A stretch of 52,829 nucleotides of DNA, taken from an uncultured Alphaproteobacteria bacterium (lineage in GTDB: Bacteria; Pseudomonadota; Alphaproteobacteria; JAJFIK01). Below are positions 27,479 to 36,604 of the stretch, piece by piece (the first letter of the stretch is position 1; each line of letters starts with the position of its first letter). The notes under the pieces were generated by a model that saw only the letters and a list, made by a program, of their open reading frames with translations, searched no databases and was not told where the DNA came from. A program made the translations under genes and the position numbers. The stretch spans positions 1 through 52,829 of the forward strand of contig CAYUYV010000012.1 of the NCBI GenBank assembly GCA_964449455.1, given 5' to 3'.

Positions 27479-28864
27479 TCAGCGGGTTGTAAGGATATGG
27501 AAGCGCCAGGCCAGCGCAAAGGCCGCAAGAGCAAGGCCCACCCCAAAGCCGGCCCAGACGCCGTTGATGCCCCAGTCCAGACCGACGCCGAGCAGATAGC
27601 TCGACGGCAGGGCCGCGCCCCAATAGGCGATCAGGGTGATGACCGTCGGCCAGCGATTGTCCATAAGGCCGCGTAAGGCGCCGAGGCTTGTCGACTGGAT
27701 CCCATCGAAGATCTGCATGATGGCAACCACCGTGAACAGGCTCGCCGCCGCTGCAATCACATCGGGTGTGTCGACAAACAACCCAGCAATGGTCTGTCCA
27801 AAGAGTGTGAGAAAGACCGTGAACGACAGCATCCAGGCCGTCACCAGGGCGATGGCGGCCCAGCCGATGGCCCCGGCCCGTTCCCGTCCGCCTTTCCCAA
27901 GGGCCTGGGCCACGCGGATCGATACCGCAGCGGACATGCCAAGCGGCGCCATATAGATGACGAAAGTGACCGCCGTAACGATCTGGTTCGCCGCGAGCGC
28001 CGTTGCGCCGAACCAACCCACCATCAGGCCGGCAATGGCAAAAGCACTGCCTTCCAGGAGATATTGTGCTGCCATGGGGGTGCCTTCGCGCAGCTGGTCC
28101 AGTGTGCCCGCCCGGCTGAGACGCATGGGCCCGCGATAGGGCGCCATGGCATGGGACCAGCGCCAATGGCCCGCCAAAACAGCGAGCGCCACCAGGGTGG
28201 AGACGAGGCTGGCTATGCCGGCGCCCGTCACGCCCAGCGCCGGGAAGCCCCAATGGCCGTAGATGAGGAGCCAGTTCAAAGGCACATTGAGCGCTTCACC
28301 GCCCAGCATCAGGACCATGGCAAGCCAGGCCCGGTCCACACTGTCATAGACCTGCTTATAGGCCAGCATGACGGTGAATGGGGCCATGGATCCGGCGATG
28401 CACAGCCAATAGGCGGGCATTGCTTCGAGCACCGCTTCGGGTTGGCCCATCCACCACAGCAGCGGAAGGGCGGCGATCATCAGAGCCGAAGCAATCGCAC
28501 CGCCCAGTGCACCCAGGGCCCGCCCATGGTGGAGCGCTGCACCCACCCGCGGATCGTCTGCCGCGCCATGGGCATGGCCGGCAAAAATCGCAACCGGGCC
28601 CATAAAGCCGTAAAGACCCGCATAGAGTATCGACAAACCGCTCGTCGTCAGGGACACCACCGCCAAAGGGACCTCGCCCAGCGGGCCCAGCATGACCGTG
28701 TCGATAATGGCGTTCAGCGTGGAGGCCGTAAGGCCGGCAATGAGGGGAAAAGCCAGAGTCGCGAGACGGGGGATTTCCCGCCACAGCATTACGAAACGCG
28801 ATTGACGTGACCCCCGGTCACTGACTCCACCCGGGTCGGGCTCGGGAAATGGCTCGATGGCCAT
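27479..28864 (-). CDS. MATE-family efflux transporter (second copy, only distantly similar to the first)
   Basis: ATG at 28864, preceded by AGGAG. About 12 TM segments. Product includes ...LWREIPRLATLAFPLIAGLTASTLNAIIDTVMLGPLGEVPLAVVSL.... Confidence 0.88.
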   Translation of the reverse strand: MAIEPFPEPDPGGVSDRGSRQSRFVMLWREIPRLATLAFPLIAGLTASTLNAIIDTVMLGPLGEVPLAVVSLTTSGLSILYAGLYGFMGPVAIFAGHAHGAADDPRVGAALHHGRALGALGGAIASALMIAALPLLWWMGQPEAVLEAMPAYWLCIAGSMAPFTVMLAYKQVYDSVDRAWLAMVLMLGGEALNVPLNWLLIYGHWGFPALGVTGAGIASLVSTLVALAVLAGHWRWSHAMAPYRGPMRLSRAGTLDQLREGTPMAAQYLLEGSAFAIAGLMVGWFGATALAANQIVTAVTFVIYMAPLGMSAAVSIRVAQALGKGGRERAGAIGWAAIALVTAWMLSFTVFLTLFGQTIAGLFVDTPDVIAAAASLFTVVAIMQIFDGIQSTSLGALRGLMDNRWPTVITLIAYWGAALPSSYLLGVGLDWGINGVWAGFGVGLALAAFALAWRFHILTTR

Positions 28865-28902
28865 GGCATCTCCTGAGGCGTGCTTTTGCACTGCTCATTT
28901 CT

Positions 28903-28921
28903 CATATCTCCAGCATATCTC
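28903..28921. promoter_or_regulatory. Direct repeat CATATCTC x2 (period 11 bp) in a divergent promoter region
   Basis: CATATCTC at 28903-28910 and 28914-28921, embedded in a locally AT-richer stretch (CTCATTTCTCATATCTCCAGCATATCTCATG). It lies between the MATE/BVMO operon and the serine-hydrolase operon. Confidence 0.35.
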
Positions 28922-28975
28922 ATGTGGTGCTTCATGATAGGGTCCCGAAAAATGACAGAGCCCCCAGGAGGACCC

Positions 28976-30439
28976 ATGACTCGGCGGCATACGGCTTTTC
29001 GTGGCTTCACGCCTATCCTTGGTTTTGTCCTGGTCGCACTGGTGTTCCAATCCGGTTTGGCCATGGCCCCCGCGGCGGCGGCCGAAGGCGGGGACACGCC
29101 GGTCATGAGCCGGGCCCTTGCGGCGGGCTATAAGGCGACCTTCATCTGTTCAGGCCTTTTCAACGGACGCCGGCCACTCCCTGTTATCGCGGCGAATGAG
29201 CTGTCTCGTCATTACCCGGATTATCGGGATATTATGAATGCGTTGCCAGGGGCCATCATTGATCGCAAGGCCAAGACGGTTTCGGTGGCCTGGAGCGAGA
29301 CCCTGCCTCCACGGGTCGCCGCCTGGCGCCCGGGCCTCGGCTGCAGCCAGCTGCCCATGGGGGCCGGTGTTACCATGGCCAAGTTGCTGCCGCGGCTTGA
29401 TGTGCCGATGCCAACAGTGCCTGCGGAGGATTCGGCCAGGGTCCTCTCGCCCGATGCTGCGGCGCCTGAGATTGCCGACCCGATGCGTCTTGATCGCCTG
29501 GTCGCCTCTGCCTTTGACGCCGAGACCTACGGCGCGGGGACGAAGACCACAGGTATCATCATTGCACAGAACGGGACCATCATCGCGGAAGCCTATGCCC
29601 ATGGTCTTTCCGCGGAGAGCCCGCAACGCACTTGGTCCGTAGCCAAGAGCATTTCGGCCACTGTGATCGGGGCGGCCGTCCATGAAGGCATCCTGACCAC
29701 GCAGGCGCCGGCTGGACTGGAGGCCTGGTCCGCGCCCGGTGATCCGCGTGGGGCCATAACCCTCGGCAATCTGCTCAATATGGCGAGCGGCCTTGATTCC
29801 GGGGTCACCGGATCGCGCACGGATCGGCTTTATTTCGGCGGTGCCAGGGTGATCGACCGGGCGGTGCCTGCGGGGCTTGAAGTGGCGCCCGGCACGCGCT
29901 TCAAATACGCCAACAATGACACGCTTCTCGCCATGCGTGCACTGAGGGAACGCATGGGCGATGACTTGGCCTATCTGGCCTATCCCTATCAAAAGGTCCT
30001 GTGGCAGATCGGGGCCTATCGCACGGTTCTTGAGACCGACTGGAATGGCGATTTCCTATCCTCCAGCCAGGTCTGGACCACGGCCCGGGATCTTGCCCGG
30101 GTCGGGCAGCTTTATCTCCAAGACGGTGTCTGGGGTGGTGAGCGCATCCTTGCCGAAGGCTGGGCCCGTTATGTTGCCACGCCAGCGCCGGCCCAACCGG
30201 GCGCGCGCGCCTGGGGCTATGGGGCCCAATGGTGGCTTCCCAATGGGGAAAATGATCTGCCTGAGGGTGTCAGCCTCGCTGCCGGACACCGGGGCCAATA
30301 TATCGTCGTGGTGCCCAGCGCTGGCCTCCTCGTTGTGCGCCGGGGCTATGACGAAAGCGGCGGCCAGAGCTTCCTGATCACGCGGTTTGCTGCGGATGTG
30401 GTTTCGGCCGTGGCGGCGCCCACGATTGCGGGGGAATGA
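28976..30439 (+). CDS. Secreted serine hydrolase, class-C beta-lactamase / family VIII esterase-like
   Basis: ATG at 28976, preceded by AGGAGG. Signal peptide (MTRRHTAFRGFTPILGFVLVALVFQSGLAMA), SxxK motif (WSVAKSI) and YxN motif (FKYANND). Confidence 0.88.
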   Translation: MTRRHTAFRGFTPILGFVLVALVFQSGLAMAPAAAAEGGDTPVMSRALAAGYKATFICSGLFNGRRPLPVIAANELSRHYPDYRDIMNALPGAIIDRKAKTVSVAWSETLPPRVAAWRPGLGCSQLPMGAGVTMAKLLPRLDVPMPTVPAEDSARVLSPDAAAPEIADPMRLDRLVASAFDAETYGAGTKTTGIIIAQNGTIIAEAYAHGLSAESPQRTWSVAKSISATVIGAAVHEGILTTQAPAGLEAWSAPGDPRGAITLGNLLNMASGLDSGVTGSRTDRLYFGGARVIDRAVPAGLEVAPGTRFKYANNDTLLAMRALRERMGDDLAYLAYPYQKVLWQIGAYRTVLETDWNGDFLSSSQVWTTARDLARVGQLYLQDGVWGGERILAEGWARYVATPAPAQPGARAWGYGAQWWLPNGENDLPEGVSLAAGHRGQYIVVVPSAGLLVVRRGYDESGGQSFLITRFAADVVSAVAAPTIAGE

Positions 30440-30445
30440 GTCGCC

Positions 30446-31045
30446 ATGTTCTATGAGACCGCCAGGAATGACCACGGTTTGCCCCATGATCCCATGAAGG
30501 CGCTTGTCGTGCCCCGGCCGATTGGCTGGATCAGTACACTGAATGCTGGAGGCGTGCCCAATCTTGCGCCTTACAGCTTTTTTAATCTCGTCGCCTCACC
30601 GCCCCATATCGTGGCCTTCTCCAGTGGGCGGCGGAAGGACACCCAGGACAATATCGAAGCCACCGGTGAATTCGTCTGTAATCTGGCAACGGATGATCTG
30701 CGCAATGCGGTCAATGACAGTGCGGCCCATGTGGCATCCGATGTGGACGAGTTTGACCTTGCTGGTCTCACTCCCGCACCGTCCCGGCTCGTGAAGCCGC
30801 CGCGGGTGGCGGCGGCGCCCGTGCATTTGGAGTGCGTCTATCTTCAGACTGTCGCTCTGCGGGGCCGGGATGGGGCCGATACGGTGTGGAGCCTAGTGCT
30901 TGGCGAGGTCGTCGGTGTTCATATCGCTGATGAATTCATCAAGGATGGGATCGTAGACACAAGCGCCATGGCGCCGCTCTCCCGGCTCGGTTATCTCGAT
31001 TACGGTGTCCTCGGAAAGATTTTTGCCCTGCCCCGCCCCAAATAG
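30446..31045 (+). CDS. Flavin reductase-like domain protein
   Basis: VVPRPIGWISTLNAGGVPNLAPYSFFNLVASPPHIVAFSS is a typical flavin_reduct domain start. 199 aa. Confidence 0.85.
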   Translation: MFYETARNDHGLPHDPMKALVVPRPIGWISTLNAGGVPNLAPYSFFNLVASPPHIVAFSSGRRKDTQDNIEATGEFVCNLATDDLRNAVNDSAAHVASDVDEFDLAGLTPAPSRLVKPPRVAAAPVHLECVYLQTVALRGRDGADTVWSLVLGEVVGVHIADEFIKDGIVDTSAMAPLSRLGYLDYGVLGKIFALPRPK

Positions 31046-31072
31046 GCGTCCCGTTCAACCAAATCGGCCCCC

Positions 31073-32812
31073 ATGTCCTATATCCTGTTGTTGCGCGAAG
31101 TCTGGGCCTATGGGACCGGCTTGCGCTGGCGCATCGTGTTTTTCATGGCCACCCATGTGGTCTCGCTGATCGGTCCGCTTTCCATTCCGCTCGTCTTTGC
31201 CCAGATCCTCAACACGCTTCAGACCGCGCCTGCGGATGAAATGTTGGGCGGTGTGTCGGGCTGGGTTGGCGTCTGGGTGGGCCTGTCCCTGTGGTTCAAT
31301 GTGGCCCACCGGATAGCGCGCTATTTCGAGATTGACGTGGCCTTCCGCATCAAGCAGCGCTTCCTCAATCGGCATTACGCCATCCTGGTCAGCCTGCCCA
31401 TGACGTGGCATACGGACCATCACTCCGGTGATACAATCGATCGGGTCAATCTCGCTGGCGCTGCGCTGGGTGACTTCGCCGGGGGACAGTTCAACTATAT
31501 CAACTACTTTATGGGGTTCTGGGGCCCCATGATCGCGCTGTCCCTGCTCTCCTGGCACCTGTCCGTGATCACATTCATCATGGCCATGATCGCGGTGACC
31601 GTGATCACATTTTTCGACCAGCGTCTCATTGTCCTTTACCGGATCATCAACGGGATCAATCACAAGGTCTCCCAGACCTTTTTCGACTATGTCAGCAATA
31701 TCCGCACAATCGTGACTCTGCGACTGGGCCGGCGGACGGCCCAGGAGTTCGACCACCAGATTGATCGTGGTTACCGGCCGACGATGGATGCCGAAGCCAA
31801 GGTCAATGCCGCGAAATGGTTTTGCGTTTCCCTGCTCAACAATCTCACTCAGGCCGGCGCGGTTTTCTACTACATCTGGCGAACGCTCCGTATGGAACAG
31901 GGGATCCTGATCGGCAATGTGGCCGCGGTTCTCCAATATGGTCAGCAATTGACCGGCACCTTTGCCAATGTTGCCCGGGAATATCAGGTCGTTGTCCAAA
32001 GGCGGATCAATTATGAAGCCGTGGCGCCGATCACTCAGGCTTTGGGTGCGGGTGAGGCGGCACCGCCAGCCCCCATCCGCGATTGGGCGGCCTTTGAGAT
32101 TAAGAGGCTGAGCTTTTCCTATCCCGATGCGGATCAAACGCTTGCGGATATCGGTCTTGCCGTGCGGCGCGGTGAGCGGATTGCCCTTGTGGGAGAGAGC
32201 GGCTCGGGTAAGTCAACGTTGCTTGCCACCCTCCGCGGCCTCTACGCGCCCTCCCAAGGCACCATGGTCATGGACGGGCGTGCCAGCGATGGTCTGTCCC
32301 CGCTCCTGGCTATGACGACCCTGATGCCGCAGGAGCCTGAGATTTTTGAGAACACGATCCGGTTTAATATCCAGTTCGGTATCGATTATCCGGAGCAAGA
32401 TGTTCTAGAGGCGGTGCATCTTGCTCAGTTTGCTCCGGTCCTTGCCCGCATGCCTTTGGGTCTTGAGACCGATGTGCGCGAGCGCGGCGTGAGTCTGTCC
32501 GGCGGTGAGCGTCAAAGACTGGCTCTTGCGCGCGGCATCCTGGCGGCCCGCAACAGCACCTTCATTCTGCTCGATGAGCCCACAAGCAGTGTCGATGCGG
32601 CAAACGAAATGGCGATTTTTCAGAACCTGTTCGCCCATTTCAAGGATGCGGCCCTCTTGGCCTCGGTCCACCGCCTCCATCTTCTGCCGCGCTTCGATCA
32701 GATCATCCTCATGGACCGGGGCCGTATCGTGCAACGCGGCGCGTTTCAGGACTTACGCGATACGGACGGTCCCTTCCGCCGGATCTGGGACAGCACATTC
32801 ACATCCGGCTGA
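31073..32812 (+). CDS. Fused ABC exporter (6-TM permease + ATP-binding domain)
   Basis: Walker A LVGESGSGKSTL, signature LSGGERQRLALARG, Walker B FILLDEPTSSVD, and an N-terminal transmembrane domain. Confidence 0.92.
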   Translation: MSYILLLREVWAYGTGLRWRIVFFMATHVVSLIGPLSIPLVFAQILNTLQTAPADEMLGGVSGWVGVWVGLSLWFNVAHRIARYFEIDVAFRIKQRFLNRHYAILVSLPMTWHTDHHSGDTIDRVNLAGAALGDFAGGQFNYINYFMGFWGPMIALSLLSWHLSVITFIMAMIAVTVITFFDQRLIVLYRIINGINHKVSQTFFDYVSNIRTIVTLRLGRRTAQEFDHQIDRGYRPTMDAEAKVNAAKWFCVSLLNNLTQAGAVFYYIWRTLRMEQGILIGNVAAVLQYGQQLTGTFANVAREYQVVVQRRINYEAVAPITQALGAGEAAPPAPIRDWAAFEIKRLSFSYPDADQTLADIGLAVRRGERIALVGESGSGKSTLLATLRGLYAPSQGTMVMDGRASDGLSPLLAMTTLMPQEPEIFENTIRFNIQFGIDYPEQDVLEAVHLAQFAPVLARMPLGLETDVRERGVSLSGGERQRLALARGILAARNSTFILLDEPTSSVDAANEMAIFQNLFAHFKDAALLASVHRLHLLPRFDQIILMDRGRIVQRGAFQDLRDTDGPFRRIWDSTFTSG

Positions 32813-32852
32813 AACCAATGGCGAAAGGCGATTGAGCGTGTTTCTCCCGCGG

Positions 32853-32872
32853 GTCGTTGCTGACGCAGCGAC
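32853..32872. terminator. Hairpin between the convergent ABC exporter and nitrilase genes (no U-tract)
   Basis: GTCGTTGC-tgac-GCAGCGAC: an 8-bp stem with one G-U pair. Confidence 0.3.
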
Positions 32873-32918
32873 GAATTCAACTCGATCGTGTTGCTCATTC
32901 ATTTGGGGTTGGGGCTGA

Positions 32919-33866
32919 TTAGTCCAGGACCACTGGTGCGCGGGGATTGCGCCGCACGCGCAGCTCAAAAACATCCGGACGGGAATAATGGCCTGCGATG
33001 TCCGTGGCCGCCTTGGCCCGGCGAACCACATCGAGACTGCCCTGGGCCATCAAAATGCCTTCGCCTTCACGATGGGCGTCCATGGGGCCGGCGATGATCT
33101 CGCCGCGCGGATCGATAATGCAGGATCCGCCATTGTGTTCCCAATCCCCCAAGGGGCGATATTTGTCCGGGATGTGCGCCTTGAGCCGGACGCCGCCAAC
33201 GCAGATCACATAGGCCGCGGCCTGGGCGGCATAGGCCCGGGAGAGAAACACCTGGCGGGTCCAGCAATATTCATCGGCCGGCGGATCGCCCATCCGGCCC
33301 GGCCAGGCCGCGACATGAATCTGGGTCCCCTGGGCCACCAGGGAGTAGCCGGGCAGCATCATCTGATGCTCCCAGCAGTTCAGCCCACTGAGCTTACCGT
33401 AAGCGCGTTGATGGGTGACAAGGCCCACCGCATCCCCGTCGCCCCAGACGAGCCGTTCCGCATGGGTTGGTTTGAGCTTGCGGTGCCGCCCCAGAATGCT
33501 GCCTTCGCGCCCGATAAAGAGCAGGGTGCAATAGGCCGTGCCTGCCGTGTGGGGATCAAGTTCTGCGACGCCAATCGCGATGTCGATCCCCAGATCCTTG
33601 GCAAGGCGGCACAAACGCTCCGTTTCGGGCCCCGGAATGGTGATCGCATTGGCGAGATAATCCGCGCTCGCCTCCCAGAGAAGGGCAGTGGTTGGCCCAT
33701 CGACGAAAAACGGGTAGCCGGGCAGCCATGTCTCTCCGAAGGCGCATATATCCGCCCCTTGCGCTGCGGCCTGGCCAATCAGAGTGCAGGCCTTTTCAAG
33801 ACTGGCCCGTTTGTCAAAAAGGACGGGTGCGGCCTGAATGGCCGCAAGGGTGAAGGTCTCGGTCAT
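32919..33866 (-). CDS. Nitrilase (carbon-nitrogen hydrolase superfamily, branch 1)
   Basis: ATG at 33866 (MTETFTLAAIQAAP...). The Glu-Lys-Cys triad contexts are FGETWLPGYP, HRKLKPT and LNCWEH. The upstream 119 codons of track ORF 32919..34223 overlap the next gene and were discarded. Confidence 0.9.
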   Translation of the reverse strand: MTETFTLAAIQAAPVLFDKRASLEKACTLIGQAAAQGADICAFGETWLPGYPFFVDGPTTALLWEASADYLANAITIPGPETERLCRLAKDLGIDIAIGVAELDPHTAGTAYCTLLFIGREGSILGRHRKLKPTHAERLVWGDGDAVGLVTHQRAYGKLSGLNCWEHQMMLPGYSLVAQGTQIHVAAWPGRMGDPPADEYCWTRQVFLSRAYAAQAAAYVICVGGVRLKAHIPDKYRPLGDWEHNGGSCIIDPRGEIIAGPMDAHREGEGILMAQGSLDVVRRAKAATDIAGHYSRPDVFELRVRRNPRAPVVLD

Positions 33867-33879
33867 GGGCGTGTCCGGA

Positions 33880-34581
33880 TTACTGTTGAGGCAGGACCTG
33901 ATCAAACCACGCCTCGAACACGGACGCAGCCGCATTGGCAAGACCTGGCCCCAGGCGCGCGGTCTCCTCACGCAGGCTCTGCACGCTGATGCCTGGCGTC
34001 TTGTCGATTTCCAGTGTGTGACCCACGAGCCAGGGTTCAAGGCCCTGGGCTTCAACCTCCAGGTGGAACTGCAAAGCCAGCCCGTGGCGGCCCCAGGCAA
34101 AGGCCTGATTGGGGCAGATCTGCGTTGAGGCAAGCCGCACGGCGCCGGCCGGCAGGTCAAATGTTTCGCCGTGCCAATGGAGCACCGGTCGCCGCTCCAG
34201 CGGGCCCAACAGGCCTTCGGCACCCTCCTGCGTCAGCGTCAGGGGATGCCATCCAATCTCAGGCGCGGGCCCGCCATAGACTGGGCAGCCCAGGGCCCGG
34301 GCCATGATCTGGGCCCCAAGGCAGATGCCCAGAACCGGCTGACCTCCATTCAAACGGGTCTGTGCGATCTGGATTTCCCGCATGAGGAATGGGTAGTCTG
34401 CCGTGGCATTGGCACTGATGGGCCCGCCCAGGATGACGGTGAGATCGGCGTCAAGGGCTGGTGTAAGATCATCCGTGGGCGCCTCCAGATAGGTGATGCG
34501 GGCGCCCCGGGCCGCGAGCAAAGAACCCACAAGGCCAAGAGTTTCGAAAGCCACATGCCGGATACCGATGACCTGGAGCAC
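33880..34581 (-). CDS. Class I glutamine amidotransferase-like protein
   Basis: GICLGAQ (nucleophile elbow) and LQFHLE (His-Glu). Proposed GTG start at 34581 ([13 protein letters not shown]...), preceded by GGAAGG. It lies 13 nt upstream of the nitrilase gene. Confidence 0.8.
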   Translation of the reverse strand: MLQVIGIRHVAFETLGLVGSLLAARGARITYLEAPTDDLTPALDADLTVILGGPISANATADYPFLMREIQIAQTRLNGGQPVLGICLGAQIMARALGCPVYGGPAPEIGWHPLTLTQEGAEGLLGPLERRPVLHWHGETFDLPAGAVRLASTQICPNQAFAWGRHGLALQFHLEVEAQGLEPWLVGHTLEIDKTPGISVQSLREETARLGPGLANAAASVFEAWFDQVLPQQ

Positions 34582-34631
34582 CTTCAGCCTTCCATCCCAA
34601 GCATCATCCAAAAACCAAAGGACACAGACGT

Positions 34632-35777
34632 ATGAAGACCCGTGCCGCCGTCGCATTTGAGGCCGGCAAGCCTCTGGAAATCGTTGAGCTTGACCTGGAG
34701 GGGCCAAAAGCGGGCGAGGTTCTGGTGGAGATCATGGCGACGGGTGTTTGCCACACGGACGCCTACACGCTGTCCGGCAAGGATCCGGAGGGCGCCTTCC
34801 CGGCTATTCTGGGCCATGAAGGCGCGGGCATTGTCCGCGAGGTGGGCCCGGGCGTGACATCGCTGGAGCCGGGGGATCACGTGATCCCGCTTTACACGCC
34901 AGAATGCCGCGAATGTGACTATTGCCTCCATCCGCGCACCAATTTGTGCCAGAAGATCCGTACCACCCAGGGCCAGGGGGTCATGCCGGACGGTACCTCG
35001 CGCTTTTCGTATCAGGGCCGACCGATCCTCCACTATATGGGCACGTCGACTTTCTCAAATTTCACGGTACTGCCAGACATCGCCCTGGCCAAGGTCCGCG
35101 CCGACGCGCCCTTTGACAAGATCTGCTATATCGGCTGCGGCGTAACCACGGGCATCGGGGCGGTAATGTTCACGGCCAAGGTGGAGCCCGGCGCGCGCTG
35201 CGTCGTTTTCGGCCTGGGCGGGATCGGTCTCAACGTGATCCAGGGGCTGAAGCTGGTGGGCGCGCGTCAGATTGTCGGCGTGGACATCAATTCGGATCGC
35301 GAGGCTATGGCCCGAGAGTTCGGTATGACCGACTTTGTCAATCCGAATGATCTGGCGGGCCCGAATGATCTGGCGGGCCCGAACGGGGGAGCCGGCGATG
35401 TTGTTGGCCATCTTGTGGAGCTGACCGGCGGCGGGGCTGACTACTCCTTCGAATGCATCGGCAATGTGGAGGTGATGCGCCAGGCCCTGGAGTGCTGCCA
35501 CAAGGGCTGGGGCGAGAGCATCATTATCGGTGTGGCGCCGTCTGGCGCGGAAATTGCAACGCGGCCCTTTCAATTGGTTACGGGGCGAGTCTGGCGCGGT
35601 ACTGCCTTTGGCGGCGCACGGGGTCGCACCGACGTGCCGAAGATTGTAGATCTCTACATGGAGGGCCATGTGCGTATCGATGAGCTGATCACGCACACCA
35701 TGCCTCTGGATGAGATCAATACCGCCTTTGACCTGATGCATGAGGGCAAGAGCATCCGTAGCGTAGTGATGTACTGA
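34632..35777 (+). CDS. adhC: S-(hydroxymethyl)glutathione dehydrogenase / class III alcohol dehydrogenase
   Basis: [66 protein letters not shown]...[13 protein letters not shown]....NLC. Strong class III ADH signature. Confidence 0.93.
   Translation: MKTRAAVAFEAGKPLEIVELDLEGPKAGEVLVEIMATGVCHTDAYTLSGKDPEGAFPAILGHEGAGIVREVGPGVTSLEPGDHVIPLYTPECRECDYCLHPRTNLCQKIRTTQGQGVMPDGTSRFSYQGRPILHYMGTSTFSNFTVLPDIALAKVRADAPFDKICYIGCGVTTGIGAVMFTAKVEPGARCVVFGLGGIGLNVIQGLKLVGARQIVGVDINSDREAMAREFGMTDFVNPNDLAGPNDLAGPNGGAGDVVGHLVELTGGGADYSFECIGNVEVMRQALECCHKGWGESIIIGVAPSGAEIATRPFQLVTGRVWRGTAFGGARGRTDVPKIVDLYMEGHVRIDELITHTMPLDEINTAFDLMHEGKSIRSVVMY
35343..35378 (+). repeat. Perfect 18-bp tandem duplication inside adhC, in frame (PNDLAG x2)
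   Basis: CCGAATGATCTGGCGGGC at 35343-35360 and 35361-35378, followed by a partial third unit, CCGAA. Confidence 0.95.
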
Positions 35778-36082
35778 TCCTGCTGGAGTGTGTCCTGTTG
35801 GCAACACGACACGGCCAAGGGGACAGCACCGGATTGGACGCTGGGGGATGGCGTTTGGCGAGCCGTCGCTTGGGTTCCCGTTGGAACGCTGGGCGGAAAT
35901 CTCTTTACGCCGGTTTTTCGCGGCGCAAGAGTGTATGTTGGTGAGCCTGGTCGCAACCGGAACGGTCCAACCCTGTGATGGACCGTCGACAACGAGGCAG
36001 TTTGGCGCGTTCCACAGCATCTGTGGGCTCGCGACGCTGACCCGTGGGCGGAAAGGCCCATTAAGGTGAGGGGTTTTTGGCG

Positions 36083-36604
36083 ATGGTTCGGTCGAACGAC
36101 TGGGTGTTTACCCTGAGCGTCAATGTCTGGGCAGGCATTTTCAGCATCCTCGGTGCCTTTGGCATTCTGAGCCTGATCAGCGACCTGGTTGTCTTTGAAG
36201 TGCACATCGCTGCGGTGGTCGGTGCCTGGCAGGATGTGACCCGCCGAATGATGGATGCGGCCTTTGGCTGGATCTTTGACCTGCTTGGAATTGAGTTCGC
36301 CTGGTACGTCAAGGACTATTTCATCATGTCCTTCGTTGCCGCGGGCATGCTGGCACGCACCTATGTGAAGGTGAATGGCAGCATGAAGGATGCGATCGAC
36401 GGATTCTCGGAGAATTTCTGGCGCAATATCGCGTTCATCATCCTCTGGCCCTATCCCTTTCTGATTGGCCTGCGGAAGATTTTCATTGATGACGACGAAC
36501 TCGACCGCCAGAGCTTCCTTATTTATTTCGAGACGGTGGTTTGGGGCCTTCTTGTGATGGCCGTGAACTATATCCTGATCCTCAGCGGGGCACCGCGCGC
36601 GTGA
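36083..36604 (+). CDS. Hypothetical multi-TM membrane protein
   Basis: ATG at 36083 within ORF 36077..36604. Hydrophobic segments include VWAGIFSILGAFGILSLISDLVVF, YFIMSFVAAGMLA, IAFIILWPYPFLIGL and VVWGLLVMAVNYILILS. By eye its GC content is lower than that of its neighbours. No family recognised. Confidence 0.55.
   Translation: MVRSNDWVFTLSVNVWAGIFSILGAFGILSLISDLVVFEVHIAAVVGAWQDVTRRMMDAAFGWIFDLLGIEFAWYVKDYFIMSFVAAGMLARTYVKVNGSMKDAIDGFSENFWRNIAFIILWPYPFLIGLRKIFIDDDELDRQSFLIYFETVVWGLLVMAVNYILILSGAPRA

Noticed and set aside
31055-32137. A 360-aa minus-strand ORF, and a 288-aa minus-strand ORF at 23497..24363.
   Set aside because: These are antisense shadows of the ABC exporter and of the membrane domain of the hybrid kinase. 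Their composition is His/Asp/Gly/Arg-rich and shows no domain signature.
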